Notes: generated by a model not told the origin, from the sequence alone. A DNA stretch of 64,000 nt from Gemmatimonadaceae bacterium (GCA_035765135.1 DASTYE010000118.1:13477-77476); one strand, 5' to 3'. Positions 46,908 to 55,885 are shown, numbered from the stretch's first letter. Translations and numbers: made by a program.

Positions 46908-47906
46908 GTGGCAGTGGAGCAGAGGCAGCGGGACTCGAACTCCCCCTCCATACCCGTGGCGAGCTTCCACGATGCGGTGCGCTTCATCGCGCACCGCATG
47001 CCCGGCGTTGCCACCGTCAGCAGCACGGCACCTTCGCTCGAGCGGTCCGAGGGTACCCACGAATCACCCCGGGTCATAGACGCGCAAGTCGTTGAAAGTG
47101 CAACGACAGCGCGCCCGGTCGATGGCCCGGTGACGGCGACCTTTGCCGCCTTTCTCGACGGTGTTCAGGAGAGCCGCGTCGTCAATATTCTCCGGGGCGT
47201 GCCTCTCGTTTGGGGGCGCATCGCGGCCGCCGTGCGCCGCCGGATCGATCGCCGGCTCCGGACGTGGGAGAGCCCCGTCGTCGAATGCCGGCTCTATGCG
47301 CCACTCTCCCTCCTCGACGGCACCACCCGCGCTTTCCTGGCCGACACCCCCATCGTCGACACGACCCGGGCGGAGGAGGACGCATCCGCCTCGCGACATC
47401 CCGCGCACATCATCGAGCAGGCGCTGCACGCCGTGCAGCGCGACCGCGAGCGCGCCGAGCGGGCCCTCGCCGAGCGGTGGTGTCGCACGGTCGGCGAGCC
47501 GTTGCTCGTGGATGGGAGCATTTCCGCGAGCGACATCGTCGCTCGACACACCTGTGCCGTCGGGGTGATCAAGACCCACCGCCAGCTCTATGCGTCGGGC
47601 GACATGCTGGACGTGATCCTCGGGCTCTCCGAAGGAGAGCGGACACCGGTCGTCCGTATTGCGCCGCGGAACCGAACGCCGGTCCACTCCTGGTACCTGC
47701 GTTTGCGTGATGGAGCGCCTCACGATGCGTTGTGGGGAATCGTGCGCGTCGAGGTGGCCGAGTCGAACGACCCCACGACACGCGCCGATGATGTTTCTCG
47801 CTGGGTGATGGCCGAGCGCGCACCGCTGGCGCTTCCGGATTTCCGGTGGGATCGAATGGCGTACCCTGTTCGTGAGTGCGAGGAGTTCCTGCGTGCGATT
47901 TCCTGA
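46908..47906 (+). CDS. NurA-like nuclease (putative)
   Basis: Lies immediately upstream of the herA-like gene. Two xDG motifs sit at the positions expected for NurA catalytic aspartates (AAFLDGVQES and PLLVDGSISASD), with an acidic helix between them and a C-terminal YP...E motif. The start is uncertain (46908 is the upper bound, ATG at 46998). Confidence 0.45.
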   Translation: MAVEQRQRDSNSPSIPVASFHDAVRFIAHRMPGVATVSSTAPSLERSEGTHESPRVIDAQVVESATTARPVDGPVTATFAAFLDGVQESRVVNILRGVPLVWGRIAAAVRRRIDRRLRTWESPVVECRLYAPLSLLDGTTRAFLADTPIVDTTRAEEDASASRHPAHIIEQALHAVQRDRERAERALAERWCRTVGEPLLVDGSISASDIVARHTCAVGVIKTHRQLYASGDMLDVILGLSEGERTPVVRIAPRNRTPVHSWYLRLRDGAPHDALWGIVRVEVAESNDPTTRADDVSRWVMAERAPLALPDFRWDRMAYPVRECEEFLRAIS

Positions 47907-47916
47907 TGGCGGAGCC

Positions 47917-48028
47917 GTCAGCGGTCAGCAAATGCGGAACGCTGAATGCGGATTGCGTGAGAGAGCCTCCGCTGGGCAATCTCATCGGCAATCCGGATTC
48001 CGCATTCCGCATTTGCTGACCTCCTGAC
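47917..48028. repeat. tandem-repeat palindrome F (7-nt period)
   Basis: Left arm GTCAGCG GTCAGCA AATGCGG AACGCTG AATGCGG ATTGC. 31-nt spacer. Right arm GCAATCC GGATTCC GCATTCC GCATTTG CTGACCT CCTGACG. Lies between the nurA-like stop (47906) and the herA-like ATG (48055). Confidence 0.85.
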
Positions 48029-48054
48029 GTCTCTGCCCTTCTAACCGAGATCAC

Positions 48055-50025
48055 ATGCCCGATCCAGCCCGGCCTCGCACGTTAGGCCGTGTCGTCGCAA
48101 CGGAGCGCCGACCCAACACGCCTCACGAGTTCCATTTCTGGACGGCGGTGGATTCGCCCGTCGGCATCGGAACGATCGTGCGCGTGGAGGGCACGCGGGC
48201 CGTGGACGGACACATCCCGCGCGTGTACGGAGTCGTCGTCGACGGGTTCAGCTTCACCGATCTCCTCTCGCCCCTGCACGACGTGCTCGGTCACGATGGC
48301 GATCCCGCATCGTCGGCGATCGCGCCCACGGAGCGTCCCGAAGTGCGGCTCTACACGGCCGCCGTGCTGCGGCAGATCCCGGAGGAACCGCTTCAGCCCG
48401 TTCCCATGGGCGAGGTGTTTCTGGCGACTGATGAGGATGTGAGTCTCGCGCTGCGGATGGACACGTACACGCGGGAAGGCGCGCGGACGGCGATTCCGAT
48501 CGGACTCTACCGGGCCGGCGGCATGGACTCGCCGATCTATCTCGACGCCGATTTCCTCGTCGGTCCCGAGGCGGCTCATCTCAACATCACCGGCGTTTCG
48601 GGACTGGCGACGAAAACGAGTGCCGTCGAATTCATCCTCGCCTCGCTGTTCGCGCATTTTCCGGAGAGCAAGGGCTCCGTCGCGGCGGTCTGCTTCAACG
48701 TGAAGGGCCCCGATCTCTGCTACCTGGATCAGCCGGGCGACCTCGACGCGAACGACCTCGCCATTTACGACCGCCTTCGCGTGCCGGCACGGCCGTTCGA
48801 CCGCGTGCGGTACTTCGCGCCCTACAAGGCGAACCTGACATCGCTGAACACGCTGCGCTCCAACGAGGAGCTGATGCATAACGTCACCCCGCTCACGTGG
48901 GGACTCCGCGAGGTGCTTCAGTTCGCCGAGGTCATGCTTAACCGCGATGACGTGGACGCGAAGGCGGACGCGCTCATCGACTTCATCAAGGAGCGTCTGC
49001 TCGATCGCGAGTACACCGATGCCGCGCTTCTCGCGGGCAAGCGCTATCGCGTGCAGTCGTTCGCGGACCTGGAGGCCTGGTTCCGCGACGTCATCATGGC
49101 GCTCGAGCAGAAGGGGAGTGAGGGGTACCGGACGCACCACATCGCGACGATTCGAAAGGTCCGCAACCGTCTCTCGAACATCTCGCTGCGGTGCGCGGGG
49201 CTCGTCACCGACGACGGCTCGGTGAGCGACCTTCCCTGGGGGACCTTCGAAGACCGGTCGGTGTATGTGATCGACGTCGCGGGTGCGGAAGAGGATGCGC
49301 AGGACCTCATCTTCGCGCGCATCGTGTCGAAGCTGCGCGAGCACCTCGAGCGACGCGACCTCGGTGTCAGCCACGTCGTCGTGTTCGTCGACGAGCTGAA
49401 CAAATACGCGCCCGCGGACGGTCCCGATACATACGTCCGGAAGATGCTGCTCGACATCGCCGAGCGAGGGCGATACCTCGGCCTCGTGCTGTTCGGCGCG
49501 GAGCAGTTCCGGTCGCAGGTCCACCGTCGCGTGGTCGGCAACAGCGGGACCGCGCTCTTCGGCCGCATGGATGGGGACGAGCTGGCCACGCCGGGCTACG
49601 CCGTGCTGAGCCCCGCGACGCGCACGAAGCTGGCGACGCTCGCCAAGGGAGAATTGATGGTGCGGCACCCGCACTTTACACAGCCGATTTTTCTCAAGTT
49701 TCCGCGCCCCGCCGTGCTGCGTGGGCGCGATGGTGTCGAGCGCTTCCCGCAGGCGACCGAGGCCTCCTTCGAGACATCGCTCTTCCGTACACTGCGCCAG
49801 CTGGACCCGAGCATCCCGCTCGTCTGGGTTCAGGACATGGTGGCACTGTACGATGAGCCGGATCTCATTCGGGCCCGCAACGCGACTATGCAGGCGCGTC
49901 CCGCGGACGTGAAGGCGTTCTTCGCGTCGCGACTGCGCAACATCATCCCCGCGCAGCCGGTGACCGCGCCTGTTACCGCGTCGCCGTTGCGGTCCCTGCC
50001 CGCCGATGATCCGTACGGGTCGTGA
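48055..50025 (+). CDS. HerA-like hexameric ATPase/translocase (DUF87 family)
   Basis: N-terminal HAS-barrel-like segment (GRVVATERRPNTPHEFHFW...IGTIVRVEG). P-loop-like NITGVSGLATKTS. Walker B HVVVFVDELNKYAP. LVLFGAEQFRSQVHRRVVGNSGTALFGRM is typical of the HerA C-terminal region. Confidence 0.6.
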   Translation: MPDPARPRTLGRVVATERRPNTPHEFHFWTAVDSPVGIGTIVRVEGTRAVDGHIPRVYGVVVDGFSFTDLLSPLHDVLGHDGDPASSAIAPTERPEVRLYTAAVLRQIPEEPLQPVPMGEVFLATDEDVSLALRMDTYTREGARTAIPIGLYRAGGMDSPIYLDADFLVGPEAAHLNITGVSGLATKTSAVEFILASLFAHFPESKGSVAAVCFNVKGPDLCYLDQPGDLDANDLAIYDRLRVPARPFDRVRYFAPYKANLTSLNTLRSNEELMHNVTPLTWGLREVLQFAEVMLNRDDVDAKADALIDFIKERLLDREYTDAALLAGKRYRVQSFADLEAWFRDVIMALEQKGSEGYRTHHIATIRKVRNRLSNISLRCAGLVTDDGSVSDLPWGTFEDRSVYVIDVAGAEEDAQDLIFARIVSKLREHLERRDLGVSHVVVFVDELNKYAPADGPDTYVRKMLLDIAERGRYLGLVLFGAEQFRSQVHRRVVGNSGTALFGRMDGDELATPGYAVLSPATRTKLATLAKGELMVRHPHFTQPIFLKFPRPAVLRGRDGVERFPQATEASFETSLFRTLRQLDPSIPLVWVQDMVALYDEPDLIRARNATMQARPADVKAFFASRLRNIIPAQPVTAPVTASPLRSLPADDPYGS

Positions 50026-50863
50026 TCGCGTGAACCTCCTCGCCAGGCGCTTCGCGCGCGCGTTCGCGGTCGTGAGCGGAGCATCGGGGCTTCTCGCCGC
50101 GCAGAGCGTCACGCTCCAGATCAAGCCAAAGGTCGGTGACACGTTGCGGCTGCGCATCGAGCAGGAGATGGAGATTACGGCCGTCGGTCGGATGCGCGAC
50201 GTCGATACGACGATGACGATGCGCTCCTCCATGCTGATGCTCTCGCGGTCGATCGTCGTGCTCTCGGATGATGACGGGACGACCGTTCGCTCCATTACCG
50301 ACTCCATAGCCGTCAATCCCGGCGCGCTCGATCCGCGCCTTGACCAGGTGCGCCGCGCGCTGCAGGGGAAGGAGGTCCGCGTTCGCTTCTCTCGCGAGGG
50401 GTCCGCGACGCTCGTGGAGGCGGATCCCGAGCTCCCGCGCGATCTGCGCTCGGTTTTCTCCCAGCTCCCGGCCACATTCCCGCGGCACCAGGTTTCCGTT
50501 GGAAGCACCTGGAAGCAGCGCATTCCAATCCCGGACGCCGCCCAGGGTCAGATCGCCGGGACGCTCCAGGCAGTGTTTCGGCTCGACTCGCTGACGAGTC
50601 GGGGGAAGCGGGCGTTCATCTCGATGCGGGGTACGCTGACTCGAGATTCGACGGCGAGCGCGATGGCCGATGGCGGGCGAATGACGATGACCGGGACCGT
50701 CACCGGGTTCATGATTCTCGACCGTGTCCGCGGATGGGTCATCGACGCGCTCACCGAGATGTCCGTGCAATCGCACATCGAGCCGGCCGCGGGGAAGGCC
50801 CTGCCCCCCGTCAAAATGCGAATGCGGCTGATTCAGAGGCAGCGCACTATGGACAAGGACTGA
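50006..50863 (+). CDS. hypothetical secreted protein embedded in the repair cluster
   Basis: N-terminal basic region plus hydrophobic core and AQS cleavage-like site (RRFARAFAVVSGASGLLAAQS). Beta-rich sequence with no recognisable family. ATG at 50006 overlaps herA by 20 nt. An alternative GTG lies at 50030. Confidence 0.45.
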   Translation: MIRTGRDRVNLLARRFARAFAVVSGASGLLAAQSVTLQIKPKVGDTLRLRIEQEMEITAVGRMRDVDTTMTMRSSMLMLSRSIVVLSDDDGTTVRSITDSIAVNPGALDPRLDQVRRALQGKEVRVRFSREGSATLVEADPELPRDLRSVFSQLPATFPRHQVSVGSTWKQRIPIPDAAQGQIAGTLQAVFRLDSLTSRGKRAFISMRGTLTRDSTASAMADGGRMTMTGTVTGFMILDRVRGWVIDALTEMSVQSHIEPAAGKALPPVKMRMRLIQRQRTMDKD

Positions 50864-50921
50864 GCGAACCCGCTATCCTCTTAGGAGTATTACAGTTAGC
50901 CGAATTTCTCCCGAGGATGGC

Positions 50922-52121
50922 GTGCGGCTGGTACACATCTCCGACCTGCATCTCGGCTTCCGCCAGTATCATCGCCTGACCCAGTCGGGCATAAACCAGC
51001 GGGAGGCTGACGTCGCGAACGCGTTCCGTGGCGCGATCGATCGCATCATCGCGCTCGAGCCCGACGTCGTGGTATTCGCCGGGGACATTTTCCACACCGT
51101 TCGCCCAATGAACCCGGCGATCATTCACGCCTTCAACCAGCTGGCGCGGCTCACGCGGGCGCTGCCCAACACGCTCGTCGTGATGGTAGCGGGCAATCAC
51201 GATCGCCCGCGCGCTACGGAAACGGGGTGCATCCTCCGCCTCTTCACGATTCTCGGCGTCCATGTGGTCGACGCGGAGCCGCGACGGCTGATGTTCCCCG
51301 AGCGCGATTTGGCCATCCTCGCGGTCCCGGACGTCATTGGTGACTACCCGGCTCTGCTGCCCGATCCCGCCGTTAGGCACAACGTGCTGCTGCTGCATGG
51401 CGAGGTGGAGGGAATGCTGCCGCCGAGCGCCGTCCGGCTCGATCGCGCCGCGATGGAGATTCCACTCGACGCCATCGGCGCGCCGCGCTGGACGTACGTC
51501 GCGCTCGGTCACTATCACGTGCACCGCCAGATCGCGCCGAACGCGTATTACTCCGGGTCGATCGATTACACGAGCACCAACCCCTGGGGCGAGCTGGTCG
51601 AGGAGCAGCAAGCCGGTCTTCCGGGGAAGGGGTTCATCGAGTACGACCTCGAGACCGGCGCGCACACTTTTCATGCGCTCGAGCCGTCGCGTCGCCTCAT
51701 CGATCTCCCCGGCGTCGTCGCCCGCGGGCTCACGGCGGCCGAGGTGGACGTCGCGATTCACGACGCGGTAGCCGGGTGCGTCGACGGCATCGAGGACAAG
51801 ATCGTGCGACTCGTCGTCCGTGATGTGCCACGACACATCGCGCGCGAGCTCGATCAGAAGGCGCTGCGCGACTACCGGCGCCGTGCACTGTATTTCCATC
51901 TCGACACGCGTCGCCCCGAGGTGATGCGAATCGCCGCGAGCGGCGCGCCTGGTCGGCGACCCACGCTTCGCGAGACCGTCGAGTCGTACCTCGGCAAACG
52001 GTCCCTCCCGTCCGGCGTGGAGCGCGACCAGCTGGTGCAGCTCGGCACCTATTACCTGACCGAAGCGGACGCGGCGGCCAATGTCGCCTCAGCCGGTACG
52101 CCATCTCCGTTAGGCGGCTAG
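50922..52121 (+). CDS. Mre11/SbcD-family DNA repair exonuclease (calcineurin-like phosphoesterase)
   Basis: MRLVHISDLHLG (motif I), VVFAGDIFH (motif II), VMVAGNHD (motif III), LLLHG and ALGHYH. GTG start with AGGA upstream. Confidence 0.85.
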   Translation: MRLVHISDLHLGFRQYHRLTQSGINQREADVANAFRGAIDRIIALEPDVVVFAGDIFHTVRPMNPAIIHAFNQLARLTRALPNTLVVMVAGNHDRPRATETGCILRLFTILGVHVVDAEPRRLMFPERDLAILAVPDVIGDYPALLPDPAVRHNVLLLHGEVEGMLPPSAVRLDRAAMEIPLDAIGAPRWTYVALGHYHVHRQIAPNAYYSGSIDYTSTNPWGELVEEQQAGLPGKGFIEYDLETGAHTFHALEPSRRLIDLPGVVARGLTAAEVDVAIHDAVAGCVDGIEDKIVRLVVRDVPRHIARELDQKALRDYRRRALYFHLDTRRPEVMRIAASGAPGRRPTLRETVESYLGKRSLPSGVERDQLVQLGTYYLTEADAAANVASAGTPSPLGG

Positions 52122-54592
52122 TGCTGCTCAACCGCCTCGTCCTCCAGAATTTCCGCCAGCACGCGGACAGCCGGATCGAATTCGGCCCGGGAGTGACGGG
52201 CATCATTGGTCCGAACGGGGCGGGGAAGACCACGATCCTCGAGGCGATCGCCTGGGCGATCTACGGAAATCCCGCCGCGCGGGGCACCCGTGATTCCATC
52301 CGCTTCAACCGCGCCGGCGCGCGCTCCGGCGTGCGAGTGGAGCTCGACTTCGATCTCGGCGGACACAACTACCGCGTCGTTCGCGGGCTGACGAACGCCG
52401 AGCTGTATCTCGACGGTCCCCACAACAAGATCGCCGACTCGATCACCGGTGTCACCGACGTGCTCATGCGCCGCCTGGGGATGACGCGTGAGGAGTTCTT
52501 CAACACGTACTTCACCGGCCAGAAAGAGATCAGCGTGATGGCGGCGATGAGTCCCACGGAGCGCGCGCAGTTTCTGTCGCGCGTGCTCGGGTACGAGCGT
52601 TTGCGCGCCGCGCAGGAGCTCGCGCGCGACCGCCGTCGCGCGATCGTCGCCGAGATCGCCGGGCTCAGGCAGGGAATGGGCGACGCGGACGCCATCGCGA
52701 GACAGGTCTCCGATGCGGAAACGCGGCTCGGACAGGCCCGCGACCGCGCTCGATTTGCCGAACGCCGGCGGGATGCGTCGCAGGCCGCGCTCGAGGAAGC
52801 CCGTCCGCGGTGGGAGGCCGCGCAGCGCGCGCGCGAGGCGCATCAGGCGCTCCTCGCCGATTTACGCGTCGCCGAGCAGCAGGAGGCAGCCGAGGATCGC
52901 GAAGTGCAGCGCGTCGAGCGCGACCTCGGCGACGCCGCGAATGCACGTGCCGAGCTGGAGCGACTTCGCGTCGAGCTGGAGCCGTTTCAGCTCATTGCCT
53001 CGGAGTTTCAGCGCCTCGACGTGCTGGCGCGGGAGGAAGGTCGGCGGCGCGCGCTTCTCGAAACGCAGGCTGCCATCGCCGACGACCTGGTTCGACTGCG
53101 CGACCGTCGCGCGAAGCTCGAGAACGCTCCGGCGCTCGAGACCGAGATCGATGCTGCGCTCGTCGCGAAGCGCGCCGAGTTCGAGGCGACCGACGGGCTG
53201 CTCGAGGCGCGGCGCACCGAGTGGGTGCGCGATCGTCAGGAGGCGGAGACGAAGCGACAGGCCCTCCGCGAGCAGTACACCGAGCTGAAGGAACAACGCG
53301 ATCGCATCGTCAGCCTCGGCGCCGAGGGAGCCTGTCCGACGTGCGCGCGCCCACTGGGCGAAACGTATCGCGCGGTGCTCGATCTTCTCGATGAGCAGCT
53401 CGAGACGGTTCGTGTCGACGGCAACTACTACAAGGCGCGCTTCGAGCAGCTCATGGAGATGCCGGAAGACGTGCAGGCGCTCGATGAGCAGCGTCGCGCA
53501 TTGTCGCTCGAGGTATCGACGCTCGAGCGCCGCCTCACGAAGATCCAGCTCGCGGTGCAGGAGCTGGCGCACGTGGAATCGGACGTCACCGGCAAGAGCG
53601 AGCGGGCCGCCCAGGTCGCGGCGGAGCTGGAGGCGATTCCACCCGGATACGACGCCGCGCGTCATGACAAGCTGCGCGCCGAGATCGAGCGCCTCACGCC
53701 GCTCGACGCGCGCGCGGCGCGCCTGAGTGCGCAGCTCGAGCGCGTGCCGCAGCTCGAGCGCGAGCGTGCGTCAGCGGTCGAACGGTTGGGCGCCGTTCGC
53801 GCGCGATTGCGGGCGCTTCAGGCGCGACGCGAGGAGACGACGATCCCCGAGGCGGATCACGAAGCACTACGGGCCGAGTACGAGCGCGTGCGAGGCGAGG
53901 CCCACGCCGCCGACCTGGCGCTGGTACAGGCGCAAGGCGAGGAGCTGAGCGCGCAATCCGCGCTCGAGCGTGCGAGATCGATCGCGGCGGAGCTCGCCGC
54001 GCGTCAGCGAATGCTCGGTGAGCTCACCGCCAAGAAGCTGCTGCACGACGAGCTGGACCGCGCCTTCACCGACTTGCGGACCGATCTCAACTTCCAGCTG
54101 CGCCCCGAGCTCTCGGAGCTGGCGAGCGGCTTCCTGAGCGATCTCACCGACGGTCGCTACGGCGAGCTCGAGCTCGACGACTCCTACAACATCGTAGTGC
54201 TGGAAGACGGCGTGCCGAAGCCAGTCATCTCCGGCGGCGAGGAGGATCTCGCGAATCTCGTCCTGCGCCTCGCGATCTCGCAGATGATCGCGGAACGCGC
54301 CGGACAGCCGCTCTCGCTGCTCATCCTCGACGAGATCTTCGGGTCGCTCGACGAGGCGCGGCGCGCGAACGTGCTCGACCTGTTGCGGCGGCTGCAAGGA
54401 CGGTTCGAGCAGGTCATCCTCATTACGCACATCGAGCAGGTCCGCGAGTGTGTCGATCGCGTCATCTCGGTCCGATACGACCAGGAAAGCGGGAGCTCGG
54501 TGGTCGAGCAGACGACGCCCGAGTTTCCCGACCTCACCACACCGCCGGTTGCGGGGGATGAGGTGTACGAGGCGGCGGGAGCCGGCGACTGA
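52121..54592 (+). CDS. Rad50/SbcC-family SMC-like ATPase
   Basis: LVLQNFRQH...GIIGPNGAGKTTILEAI Walker A, a long coiled coil with the CPTC zinc hook (GAEGACPTCARPLG), signature SGGEEDLANLVLRLAIS and Walker B LLILDEIFGSLD. The start overlaps the mre11 stop (TAGTG). Confidence 0.9.
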   Translation: MLLNRLVLQNFRQHADSRIEFGPGVTGIIGPNGAGKTTILEAIAWAIYGNPAARGTRDSIRFNRAGARSGVRVELDFDLGGHNYRVVRGLTNAELYLDGPHNKIADSITGVTDVLMRRLGMTREEFFNTYFTGQKEISVMAAMSPTERAQFLSRVLGYERLRAAQELARDRRRAIVAEIAGLRQGMGDADAIARQVSDAETRLGQARDRARFAERRRDASQAALEEARPRWEAAQRAREAHQALLADLRVAEQQEAAEDREVQRVERDLGDAANARAELERLRVELEPFQLIASEFQRLDVLAREEGRRRALLETQAAIADDLVRLRDRRAKLENAPALETEIDAALVAKRAEFEATDGLLEARRTEWVRDRQEAETKRQALREQYTELKEQRDRIVSLGAEGACPTCARPLGETYRAVLDLLDEQLETVRVDGNYYKARFEQLMEMPEDVQALDEQRRALSLEVSTLERRLTKIQLAVQELAHVESDVTGKSERAAQVAAELEAIPPGYDAARHDKLRAEIERLTPLDARAARLSAQLERVPQLERERASAVERLGAVRARLRALQARREETTIPEADHEALRAEYERVRGEAHAADLALVQAQGEELSAQSALERARSIAAELAARQRMLGELTAKKLLHDELDRAFTDLRTDLNFQLRPELSELASGFLSDLTDGRYGELELDDSYNIVVLEDGVPKPVISGGEEDLANLVLRLAISQMIAERAGQPLSLLILDEIFGSLDEARRANVLDLLRRLQGRFEQVILITHIEQVRECVDRVISVRYDQESGSSVVEQTTPEFPDLTTPPVAGDEVYEAAGAGD

Positions 54593-55566
54593 TGGCGACG
54601 GCGCGCACGTGGCGCTCTCATCATCAGGCCGAAGGCCCCCAACCCGCGCGCCTGGATGACATCGCGGGGCTGAACCAGGTCTTCAGCGATGCGTTCAGCG
54701 AACGCTACCGTCGCGATGGAATGGTCGGGGTGCGCGTTCCCTTCCTCAATCCCGCGATCTGGCGATACGCGATCGAAGATGCCAGCGGCGGCGCGCTGGT
54801 CTGGCGCGATGACCGCGAGGAGATCGTGGCGTTCAACATCGCGCATCGGTCGGGCGTCGAAGGCTGGATGGGCCCGCTGGCCGTCAGACCGGACTGGCAG
54901 GGCGCCGGGCTGGGCAAGGAAATCGTTCGTGGCGGCATTGAATGGCTGCGCGCCGCGGGTGCGGCGACGATCGGGCTCGAGACGATGCCGCGCACGATGG
55001 ACAACATCGGCTTCTACTCCGGGATGGGATTTCTCCCCGGGCGCCTGACAATCACCCTGACGCTCGACGCGGGGCTGCTCGGCAACGGGCCGAACCTGCT
55101 CGGTCGTCTCCCCGCCCGCGACAAGGACGACGCGATCGATGAATGTCGAGCGCTCACGGACACGCTCGCGCCCGGGCTCGACTTCACGAGGGAGCTTGCC
55201 CTCACCGACCAGCTGGCGTTAGGCGATACGGTGCTGCTCCGCGAGCGGGGGCGGGTGGTGGGGTTCGCGCTCTGCCATACCGCGCCGCTCGTCGAGGGAC
55301 GCGTGCGCGAGGAGATGCGTGTGCTCAAGCTCGTGCTCGAGCGCGAACAGGACCTCACTCGTCTCGGCGAGGTGCTGGTTGACTATGCACGCCGGAGCGG
55401 CACGCGTCGCGTCGCGCTCCGCGTGCAGACGGAGTTCCTCGGTGCGTATCAGACGCTGATCGGCATGGGCGCGCGCGTTCGCTGGACCGATCTGCGGATG
55501 ACCCTCGCGGACATGCCGGAGCGCCTGCCGAAGCGCGGCGTCGTCTGGTCGAATTGGGAGATTTGA
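54592..55566 (+). CDS. GNAT-family N-acetyltransferase (two-domain)
   Basis: LAVRPDWQGAGLGKEIVRGGIEWLRAAGAATIGLET matches acetyl-CoA binding motif A (Q/R-x-x-G-x-G/A). The start overlaps the rad50 stop (TGATG). Confidence 0.7.
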   Translation: MATARTWRSHHQAEGPQPARLDDIAGLNQVFSDAFSERYRRDGMVGVRVPFLNPAIWRYAIEDASGGALVWRDDREEIVAFNIAHRSGVEGWMGPLAVRPDWQGAGLGKEIVRGGIEWLRAAGAATIGLETMPRTMDNIGFYSGMGFLPGRLTITLTLDAGLLGNGPNLLGRLPARDKDDAIDECRALTDTLAPGLDFTRELALTDQLALGDTVLLRERGRVVGFALCHTAPLVEGRVREEMRVLKLVLEREQDLTRLGEVLVDYARRSGTRRVALRVQTEFLGAYQTLIGMGARVRWTDLRMTLADMPERLPKRGVVWSNWEI

Positions 55567-55588
55567 GGAGGCGGAGGCTCGCGGGCCG

Positions 55589-55885
55589 TTAGCCCGCTGA
55601 ATTCCTCAGCCGTTCGTTCTCGTTTCGCTTTCCCGGATCCCAACGGACCTGAACGGCGCGACCGCACCAGTTCACCATCAGGTCGGGGCTCGCCGCTTCC
55701 CACTCCGTCGGAATCGGGGCGAGTCGACGGCGCTCGGTGTCCGACTCGAACGTCAGCCACCCTTCGGCGAATGTTGGGGAGACGGAGCGGAGCGCGTTCG
55801 CCGATACCGGACGCGTGTCCCAGACCCGCCAGATCCGTCCTGCATCGTCCTCGAACTCCCTGTACCCCACGCCAGCCTCCGACAC
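55589..55885 (-). CDS. hypothetical small protein
   Basis: 98-aa ORF with coding-like composition (WRVWDT...GWLTFES...RRRLAPIP). No family recognised. Confidence 0.35.
   Translation of the reverse strand: MSEAGVGYREFEDDAGRIWRVWDTRPVSANALRSVSPTFAEGWLTFESDTERRRLAPIPTEWEAASPDLMVNWCGRAVQVRWDPGKRNENERLRNSAG

Noticed and set aside
46921-46965. tRNA-like T-loop (GAGTTCGAGTCCC on the minus strand), suggesting a tRNA gene or att remnant
   Set aside because: The flanking bases do not form a 5-bp T-stem. There is no acceptor stem or CCA context, and no anticodon or D arms could be drawn.
48082-50523. 813-aa minus-strand ORF
   Set aside because: It is antisense to the herA-like gene. It has no recognisable motifs and an Arg-rich composition. 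The plus-strand frame carries Walker motifs.
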